The position numbers and the translations under genes were made by a program. DNA of 64,000 bases from Eledone cirrhosa (Eukaryota), in contig OZ024742.1 of NCBI GenBank assembly GCA_964016885.1, positions 73,160,001 to 73,224,000 of the forward strand, in the 5' to 3' direction. Of the stretch, positions 55,010 to 64,000 are shown piece after piece (within the stretch, counting starts at the first letter, position 1; the number at the start of each line of letters is the position of its first letter). Below the pieces are notes generated by a model that worked only from the letters and a program-made list of their open reading frames with translations, was not told where the DNA came from and searched no databases.

Positions 55010-56217
55010 TTAAATATCATCTCCCTTATCACTCTCTGCATTTTCTGTCTTTTCACCAACTAAATCCTCATATAACACATCATCTTCAGTCCCGTCCATC
55101 GCATTTGATATGCCACATTTTTTGAAAGCCTTCATTATTAGCTCTGCAGAGATACTTTCCCAAGCCTCCTTCACCCACTCCACCACTAATCTCAAGCCAG
55201 GTCTTTTCAATGATCCAACTTTGGTAATTTCTTTTTCACCTGATATCATCCAAGAAGTCCAGAGTTTACGGATATAAGTCTTGAAGGGCTTATTTACTGC
55301 CACATCAAGGGGTTGTAAGACTGAGGTGTCTCATTTTACAATCCTTCAGCTTAGCCTTTACAGACTCACAGCAGTGAGATCGAAACATATCCCAAACTAA
55401 CAAACTTTGTGGCTTCAGTAATGCCTCTGGCCTTTTCATCCACACTTCATCAAGCCATAACTTTGTTAAGTTCTCGTCCATCCAGCCCTTCGGATGTACC
55501 TTCACAATCACATCGCTTGGAAAATTCTCTTTTGGCATAATTTTCTTTTTGAAAATAACCATAGGGCGAAGTTTTTTTTCCATCAGCCTGGCATGCTAGA
55601 ACAACAGTAAAATGTTGTTTTTCATGACCTGTGGTTTTGACTAACAGTTTTGTTACCTACACTATCCACAGTTGTGTTGTCTGGCATGTCAAAGTACATG
55701 GGTGTTTCATCCATGTTGGCTATATTCTCAATGGCAAAATCAAACATTTTCTTTCCTTTAACACAAATTTTACAAAATTGTGTACTTTGTTATCAATATC
55801 TTTTGGCAGCTATTGTGCAATATGTGTCTTTTGGCGAAGAGTCAGTCCAAACCTATTCATAAACCTGGTGCACCACCCTGCTGATGATTTAAATTGGGAT
55901 AAGTGGTACTTTGGTGCAAGTTGAAGGGCTTTCGTTCTTTTAGAAAGTCTTGTAACAATGTGTCCATTTTCCCTGATATCTAAAACCCAATCATTTAGCT
56001 CTTTTTCAAGATCTTGATATGGTGATACTCCAAACCTTGCTGCTCTCTTTGATTTAGGCATTTCTCCCAGCTTGTCTTTTTGTTTCCTCAAACCTCTCAC
56101 CACCTTTTCTGACACTCCAAACTCCCTTTCTGCTGATCTATTTCCAAATTCTTCAGCATAACCAACCACCTTTAACTTGAAAACTGTTTGATAACTTTTT
56201 CTCTTACCGGAATTCAT
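55010..56217 (-). pseudogene. pogo transposase pseudogene (Brinker-like HTH + CENP-B HTH + DDE_1)
   Basis: RKSYQTVFKLKVV..GNRSAEREFGVSEK, FKSSAGWCTRFMNRFGL, NMDETP, KGWMDE, LVWDMFRSH, VAVNKPFK, AFKKCGISNAMDGTEDD; stops and frameshifts. Confidence 0.92.
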
Positions 56218-56623
56218 ATTTCTCAGTGAATTATAAAAAAAATTTCAACTATCAACTTTTCTCAATTGCTACAATGTGTGTTCATAGCAATGTTAAGACA
56301 ATGAAATCACATTTTAAATACCGGGTATGCATTTCTATGGATTTTAATGACAGATGGTTTGGTCAGAGAGAAAAAAACGTAAACACTACAAAGTTTTAGT
56401 AAAAAATTTAAAATCAAGAAATATATGTATAAGAAGGTAGATATATGAAATTATTATGTTAAATAATAAAAAATATTAACAAAGTTATTTTTATAAATAC
56501 CCATCGTTGATTAAGTCTATGAAAAATCATTGGTCAGTCTGATGTCGATCGGATAGGTCGCACCCCAAAAATTTATACTTATTTATCATTTAAAAAGTGC
56601 GACCTATACGCGAGTATATACGG

Positions 56624-57180
56624 TATATCAACAAAAGCTAGGTGTAGTGGCTTATTTTTGGATAGGAACTTCTCTTGTAGTTGCCTCACTAAAAAGAGGG
56701 CATCTGTAGTTCTTTTCCCAGGCATGAAACCAAACTGCATCTCATCTAATTTGACTCTTTCCTTAATTAGCTGTGCCATAACTCTTTCCATCACTTTCTT
56801 AACTTGGTCCATTAGTTTTATTCCTCTGTAGTTGCTCCTTTCTAGGCAATCCCTTTTGTCCTTGTAGCAATTTATGATTGTACTGCTGCACCAGTCATTG
56901 GGTATGACTCCATCCTGTATTACCTGATTGACTATGCGGGTTACTTGTTTGACTCCTACTTCTCCCAATGATTTAGCATCAGCAACTATCTCTGATGGTC
57001 CTGCAGCTATATTATTTTTCATCTTTTTGATTGCTTCTTTAACCCTATAACTGCCAACTTCTATGGCTGTTCCTTCTGCTGAGCAGGTCAGAGGTAGTTT
57101 CTCTTCCTCCCATTCATGCGCTACATTCATCAGTCTCTCATAGTAACATTTCTTTTGACCATAGTAACATTTCTTTCCTA
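56624..57180 (-). mobile_element. RTE-clade LINE fragment (RT N-terminal part)
   Basis: YYERLMN, VKEAIKKMKN..AGPSEI, PNDW, NYRGIKLM, QFGFMPGKRTTDALFLVRQLQEK, LAFVDI. Confidence 0.9.
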
Positions 57181-58214
57181 ACACCAACCACATTTACTGT
57201 GTGGAACTGGGTGGTACCATCATGGGACAGGTCTGACCAGTTGGCTTCACTGTACCTTGCTCATAGTAGAGCCGTGTTTTGGCTGGGTTTTTATGACTGG
57301 TGGATGCCCCTCCTAAACTTCAGCCATGTTTACACCAACCACATTTACAGTGTGGAACTAGGTGGTTCTCTCTAGAAAAGTGTCTGGCCAGTTGGCTTCA
57401 CCATACCTTGCTCATGACTAATGATAAATGACTGATGGTTAATGAATGATGATTTATGACTAATGACTAATGAATAATGATTAATGACCAACAACTAATA
57501 ACTAATGGCTAATGAATAATCTACTTTTTTAAAGTATCAATAGCTTATCTTTTACTCTTTATTTCTCTATGAATGTGTCTGTATATCTATATAAGTATGT
57601 ATGGACCCATAACTTCTGAGGGAGTCCTGGGGTTGCCATATTGACATACGTTTTAACTTGGTGGAGCCCATATCCTCTTTAGGTTTGAATACAGTAGATT
57701 TCTTCCAAAGAAGGACAGAGATGAGAGAAAGGAAGTGAGAAAGAGATATAGATGAAGAATCAACCTCAGTACTTGACTGGTACTTTTTTATAGACCTTAA
57801 ATGGATGAAATATTAAGAAAGATAAATATATTTAGAACAATTACAACTTCAGCCCAATTTTAGGTCATTCTACCATTAAGTCAACAGCCAGTCAGACAGT
57901 AACAAGGAACCACCCAACTGCTATTTTAGCTGCTACTACCACCAAACCACCGAGAAAGAGACAAACGAAAATGTGAACTTCGATATATATGTAAACTATG
58001 TTCTCTAATATCCTCTTCTAATTGATATAAACTTTATTAAATACTTTTTATCATATTTCTTGTAGCATGAAGATGTCAAAATTTTTATCGACTGAAACCG
58101 GTATCAAAAATTGTTTTTAAAAAAATGTTTTTCTGTGAGAAAATCTTTTTAGCATTTTCTACTTTTTTTCTTATTTTCCTAATATATATCAACTCATGTG
58201 TCATTTGTCAACGT

Positions 58215-58400
58215 TCATCATCATCATCATCGTTTAATGTCTATCTTCCATGCTAGCATGGGTTAGATGGGAGTTGTCCCAATTTGAGGCAAGGCTGGTC
58301 GGGTGACCGTGTCTTGCTTGTATAGGAATATCTGGCAGGTTTTCTACGGCTGGATGCCCTTCCTAACACCAACCACATTTACAGTGTGGACTGGGAACTT
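58215..58400 (-). mobile_element. SINE 3' fragment with (ATG)n tail
   Basis: CATCATCATCGTTTAATGTC..CCATGCTAGCATGGGTT..GGCTGGATGCCCTTCCTAACACCAACC. Confidence 0.65.
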
Positions 58401-58431
58401 TTTACCTTGTTACCTACACATTCTAAATATA

Positions 58432-58478
<47 letters not shown>

Positions 58479-58574
58479 ACTCAGAGAGAGAGAGAGGGGA
58501 GGGTATGAACCGAACTGTGATGCCATGCATTGAGTACTCCCATAATTTGTGGTCTCCTGGTCTCAGTATGCAGA

Positions 58575-58623
<49 letters not shown>

Positions 58624-59479
58624 ACTGGTGGTGTCCTAGTCATAAAATTCTTGTTGTAATAAGTGCAAGTGAAACATGTCAAGGGAAGAGACCAATAAAA
58701 CACAACTATGAATTAATGTACATTTTCATATCCATGTTGTTAATGTTTTACTATTCTCATTTATAAATTTAGTAGGAAAATATATCACTTTCTGATAAAC
58801 ATATTTAATACTGAAGAAAAACAATTGATTTTCATAATAAATGTTTCTTTAAATCCAGTCTTTGTTTATTTCTAAAGATAAATATATGACTGTGGTTGTT
58901 ACTGAGACAAAATAGCAACATTCTTTAAGAAAATCACTTTTTCTCAAAACTTTTAATTTAAAAATGTTATTATCTTAGGAAATGAGACACAGTTTTCTTT
59001 TTGCAGATTCAGCTAATATATTTTGGGAAATTGGGGTTTGGAAAGGATAAATAATGATTTACTTCTATAAACTTGTACAAGACCTCAAGGGAAGATGTGG
59101 TGGGATTAAGTCTGCTTTACATTTTTTTACTTAATAGATTTATTTCAGTTTATGAAGACATTTCATGGCCAATAACAGAAATGGATTTCTTAGGAGATAA
59201 ATCTTTTTTTTCTCTTTTTCTTCCAGAGACAATAAAGACATATATCTGTTCGTAATTCTTCTTCAATGCCTAAAAAGCATTCAGTGAAAACGTTTCTAAA
59301 TCTTGTGAAGAAGTATTGTCTTCTGATAAAATTCAAGATTGCATAAAGTAAAGAGACATAATGCCTGAAGCAAAGTAAGCCTTGTTAATGACATTCAAAC
59401 TCATATTAGCATTAAACTTACAGTTTCATTTTAAATTATTTATCATCTTAGCTAACTACATTTATTTTCTTCTTAAATT

Positions 59480-60200
59480 CAATTGATTCTGTGTTGGATG
59501 TTAGTGTTAAGAGAGGGACTGAGTTGTCAACTGATTACCATCTAGTTGTCAGCAAGCTGAGACTTTCCAAAGCCAAGAAAACCCACAAAACTGGCAGGTC
59601 CAACTTGACCTGCAAGATAAAGGGAAAAGGGCAGATTAGGAAGTCACAAACAGGTTTGCAGATACTATTGCATCATAATTCGGAGAACTCCCTTAGCAAA
59701 CTGAGGATGTTGAAATGGACTGTTCAGCTTGGCTGTTTCTGCTTCAGCTGTTAAATACTGTGGGCGAAAGTGGCAGGAGGACCTCTTGGTTCAATCAAAA
59801 AGTCAAAGATGCCACCCGAACAAAGAAGAAGGCCTACAAAGTTTGGTTTGGAAATAAGTCCTCCTCTTTGCACTTGCAGTACAAGCAGATGCAAAAAAGT
59901 TACAACAGAGACAGTAAAGGGATCCAAAGTTAAAATATGGGAGGACTTCAAGGTAAAGCTGGATTCTGACATCAAATCAGCAAATAAAGTGTTCTGGCAG
60001 ACCATCTGCCAACTTCGTAAAAAGAAGTCCTCCTTCACACTTGCTATCAGGAATGCATCTGGAGTCCTATTCTTTTCAGAGAGGTGCATCTTCATGAGGT
60101 GGAGAGAATACTTTGCTGATCTCCTAAACCGGGTCACAACAGAATCTGATGCTGTACATGCGATGCATCTGGGAGCAATGACTAATCTCTTGAGCAATTA
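59480..60200 (+). pseudogene. RTE-group LINE fragment (end of AP endonuclease + tether), different family
   Basis: DVSVKRGTELSTDYHLVVSKL, SWFNQKVKDA..KKKAYK, WEDF..SANKVFWQTI, RWREYFADLLN. Confidence 0.78.
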
Positions 60201-60462
60201 AAGAGCTCTACCTATCCTGTGGAGAATAGGTAGATTTAATGTCACCAGTTTATTTCCTACAGCTATTATATATATAAATATATATATGTATATATATATA
60301 TTAGGATTGGTGCTCTGAAATAGCGATGTATACATGAATGTATGTATAGTATATTTGACAATATACCGTATGTTTAATTAAAAACATTTAGAAGACTATA
60401 AGTTATCAGTTTTAAAGTAGTGACTATGTCACTTACTTCTTTTCGGCGAAAGAGGGGAGAGA

Positions 60463-60504
60463 AGCTGACAGTCTGTTTCACGATGGTTGGCGTTCATCAG
60501 AGCC
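60463..60504 (-). ncRNA. Type I minimal hammerhead ribozyme
   Basis: Reverse complement GGCT CTGATGA ACG ccaaccat CGT GAAACA gac TGTC|AGCT. Confidence 0.75.
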
Positions 60505-60591
60505 ACGCACTCCTCTGCTTCCGCCGAAAATTATCGAAGCTGGATTCTTATAGAATTAATAATCAGGAGCTGATTATACAGAGCGATTGCC

Positions 60592-60633
60592 AGCTCTGAT
60601 GAACACCAACCAGTGTGAAACAGACTGTCAGCT
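60592..60633 (+). ncRNA. Type I minimal hammerhead ribozyme
   Basis: AGCT CTGATGA ACAC caacca GTGT GAAACA gac TGTC|AGCT; GUC triplet, predicted cleavage after 60629. Confidence 0.8.
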
Positions 60634-61417
60634 TCTCTCCCTTCTTTCGCCGAAAAAAAATAAGTGACATAGTCGCTTCTTTAAAACTGATAGCATATGG
60701 TCTTCTAAATGTTTTTAATTAAACATACAGTATATTGCCAAATATACTATACATACATTCATATATATATATATATATATGCCCATCCCACACTGTAAAG
60801 TGGTTGCATAGATGTCACAGCAAAAAGCATCCAGTCCACGCTGTAAAGTGGTCATGTTTGAAAAAAGCGCCCAGTCCACACTCTTTTGTAATATTATAAG
60901 TAGACAGATAATCATCAACAGTTCCCTGTAAATATCATTGCAACTTAGAAGAAATGTCAAATGAACCTTACCAATTCTTCGCATTCCCAAGTCACACCGG
61001 TTTCTTCTTTTTTCGGGGTTTTGATTTGCTGACAAAATTTTCTCTGGAGATAACCAAGTTTTTCATTGTTCTGAAAAAAATAAGTATAACAATGGCTTAT
61101 AAGAAATAACATCAACAATAATCATCATCAGCATCACTATTACTACCATCATCCCTACTACTATCACCATCGAGCCCTTACCAGACGCGCCAAAGAATCT
61201 TTTGAAGAGAAGAGACAGGCAGAGGTCACTGAGGCCCGTGAAAGGAGGAGAAAGGCATCAGCAGCTGCCTCAAGCGACTCTGGTCTCTTCCCTTGCCCCC
61301 ACAGTCCCTGGACCTGCAAGTCAAGGATCGGCCTCCACAGCCACCTTTGTACCCACGGCAGACGGGAACAACAATAAAGAAGATGTCATCATCGTTTACG
61401 ATGGACAACCAAGAAGA

Positions 61418-61881
61418 GACTATCACCATCACAATCACCACCACCACAATTATCATCCTTACCACCATCATTATTATTATCACTATTACCACCACCAGCA
61501 CCATTACCACCATCATCATCACCACCACCACCATCACTACCACTATCACCACTACTACCACTATCACCACCACCATCACTACCACTACCACCACCACCAT
61601 CATCATCATCACCATCACTACCAATACCATTATCACTACCACCACCACTACCAACATCACCACGACCACTACCATCACTACTACCACCATCATTACCACA
61701 ACAACCACCACCACTACCACCATCATCATCACTACCACTACCACTACAACCAACATTACCACAATCACTACTACCACTACCACTACTACCACCTCAACCA
61801 CTACCATTACCACCACTACCACCACCATCATTCTCACAACCACCACCATTACAACTACCATCATCATCACAACCACAACTA

Positions 61882-61912
<31 letters not shown>
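61418..61912. repeat. Degenerate (CAC/CAT/TAC)n trinucleotide microsatellite
   Basis: Gives poly-His/Tyr, poly-Thr and poly-Val ORFs in different frames. Confidence 0.9.
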
Positions 61913-61984
61913 GGTTTAAATGCTGTTGTTTTTTCCTGATGGTATTATAGGTTGGATGGATCAATGATACAATACAAATATATT

Positions 61985-62288
61985 TTCTGTCTCTACATTT
62001 GGTAGTCTTAGATCTATCCTATTTCTTTATCTGTCTCTATATCTGGTAGTCTCAGGTCTATCCTATTATTTCATCTATCTCTACATCTGGTACTCTCAGA
62101 TCTATCCTATTTCATCTGTCTCTTCATCTGGTAATCTTAGATCTATCCTATTTCATCTGTCTCTACATCTGGTAGTCTCAGGTCTTTCCTATTATTTCAT
62201 CTATCTCTACATCTGGCAGTCTCAGGTCTCTCCTATTTCTTCATCTGTCTCTACATCTGGTAGTCTCAGATCTATCCTATTTCCTCAT
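61985..62288. repeat. ~41-45-bp minisatellite, about 7 copies
   Basis: TCTGTCTCTACATCTGGTAGTCTCAGATCTATCCTATTTC repeated. Confidence 0.85.
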
Positions 62289-62444
62289 CAGGCCTACCTT
62301 TCCTTATTACAATCCAAGAAACATTTACCACCCCATTCAGCCAACATCATATATTTTACCTGACTTCCTCTCATTGAATATTAAATTTATTAGCTCTCAC
62401 CTTTTATGTAAAATGTTTAGGAAACATCAGAGCATGTTTGAGAC

Positions 62445-62762
62445 ACACAGTCAACACTGTCTGTCAACACTGTCTGTCTACATTGTCAACACTTTCCAGA
62501 CTATCTGTCAAAACTGTCTACAGTCTATTAACACTGTTCACACTGTCAACATTGCCTGTCAACACTGGCTACACCAGCTGTCTACACTGTAAAAATGTCA
62601 ACAGTGTCTATCAACACAGTCTGTCTACACTGTCAGTCTCCACTCTCTGTCTATACTGTCAACACTGTCAATACTATAAACAATGTCTTTCTTCACTGTC
62701 AACGCTGTCATTTAACACTATCTGTCTACACTGTCTATCAATACTGTCCATCTACACTGTTT
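62445..62762. repeat. Degenerate ACACTGTC(A/T)-based minisatellite
   Basis: Many ACACTGTCA / ACACTGTCT units. Confidence 0.75.
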
Positions 62763-63439
62763 GGTTGATAGACTTTATCTGCAACCCACCCATTCTAACA
62801 CCACCAACCAGCTCTTTGGTGACTTAAGTAAACTTCACTCTGCTGCAAGTATTTAAAACCAAGCCTCCAATCTAAAGATAACTGCCTTCCTCCCTTTCTA
62901 CTATCAATCATACAGGCATTGAAAAACATCATGGGCCCAACCCTTCCTCTCTGGACTTTAAAAAATATAAACAACAATAGACACATGCTCCACTACCATA
63001 TATATTCATGCATGTTTGCCCTTTGTATTGTAAGAGAAATACAGGCCTATTAGTTTTATAAACGTCCTCTGTCTTTGACTAAATGTAGCCGCAATGTAAT
63101 CAGTATGCCTCTCCAGATAACAGGAGTTATCTAATATAACAAGAACATCTTAAATTTAAAGCTGCCCATGCAGCTATCTATTCCAGTACATTTAGTGCAC
63201 CCAAAGCTGTGGTTTATTTTCCTGATGCAAACATGCCTTGCCTTTCTATAAATATACTTAAGGAGTGTGTAATCTAGAACTCTAGTGCCATGATGAATGA
63301 TGCTAGTCAAAACCTCACTACATACCTCTACAGAGCTATTACAATGATTACTCACATTCAAGTATGATGTGATAGTATGTACCATGCTTTTAGTAAGGGT
63401 GAAGCTGGAAGGTGAGAGGGCTGCATCAGCAAAGGCTAG

Positions 63440-63550
63440 CACTTACTTTATCAACTCCAAAAGGATGAAAAGCAAAGTGAACCTTGGTGGGATTTGAACT
63501 CTGAATGCAGAGACATGGAACAAATATCTAACATTCTAACAACACTGCCT
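63440..63550 (-). mobile_element. Degenerate SINE fragment (Meta-domain-like family)
   Basis: TTTATCAACTCCAAAAGGATGAAAAGCAAAGT..CTTGGTGGGATTTGAACTC. Confidence 0.6.
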
Positions 63551-64000
63551 AATCCCTGGCCTTAACTGCATACCTATTCACAACAAATTATTTACAAGAT
63601 AGTTGCTACCCCCATATCAGGAAGTATATGACTGTTATATGAAAATTTAAAAACTTGAAATTACAATTTCTGATTACATCATCTGATTAACTTTGGTTTC
63701 AATTTGAAACAAACTTTATAGGAACAATAAATATATTTACATAAATAAAATAGATCACATCTTATCTTATGTAGTGAAATGCATAATCAATCTTATGATT
63801 AAATGTGTCCACATATCAGATTTCACATGACATTGTCAACAAATAAGCTTCTAGCTAGTTGCTTGATTAGCTAGAAATATCAACCAAATATTACCCTACC
63901 ATCTTTAAAAAGGGAAACATTAAACACTGTAGTCCTAATTACACAATGTTTCAATAGTTTGACTGATGCTGGAAAACCTTTAATCATAGGTCTGTTAATC

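Larger units (their letters stand above)
52488..56623 (-). mobile_element. pogo-superfamily (POGK/Passer-like) DNA transposon, both ends present, TA TSD
   Basis: 25-bp TIRs CCGTATATACTC(AT/GC)GTATAGGTCGC (23/25 match); TA at 52486-52487 and 56624-56625. Confidence 0.93.
60334..60762. mobile_element. Foldback element with ~170-bp inverted arms, probably a Penelope pLTR remnant
   Basis: Arms 60334-60503 and 60593-60762, ~89-bp spacer, (TA)n nearby on both sides, a hammerhead motif in each arm. Confidence 0.75.

Noticed and set aside
55010-56217. Domesticated POGK or CENP-B host gene
   Set aside because: It has stops and frameshifts and lies within TIRs and a TA TSD.
58058-58108. Additional hammerhead (ATGAAGA-TGTC..GACT-GAAACCGGTA)
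   Set aside because: The core C is mutated and stem I does not pair convincingly; at most a decayed PLE ribozyme.
61226-61919. Poly-Val and poly-Thr (mucin-like) ORFs
   Set aside because: Alternative frames of a trinucleotide microsatellite.

Overview
AT-rich, repeat-saturated eukaryotic DNA. The SINE and LINE families suggest an octopus or other coleoid cephalopod (inference from recalled repeat families, not a search). No intact host gene, rRNA, tRNA gene or CRISPR array is visible. Main contents, left to right: (1) a degenerate Helitron (~117-3982); (2) a very young, 5'-truncated Penelope-like element (RT + GIY-YIG) folded into a ~1.6-kb inverted repeat, with a minimal hammerhead ribozyme near each outer end (4777-8774); (3) an older Penelope relic split by an RTE LINE; (4) RTE, CR1, R4/Dong and CRE LINE fragments, many tRNA-SINEs and several MITEs; (5) a ~24-kb array of a 31-bp satellite (22837-46933) with an exact 3,150-bp higher-order repeat core; (6) a three-level nest: an RTE LINE interrupted by a pogo (POGK/Passer-like) transposon, which is interrupted by a 1.5-kb long-TIR element with an 8-bp TSD. 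That inner element has arms partly built from an L1/Tx1-like 3' end and carries what looks like the first coding exon of the host gene RMND5; (7) a small foldback with two hammerhead ribozymes (60334-60762).
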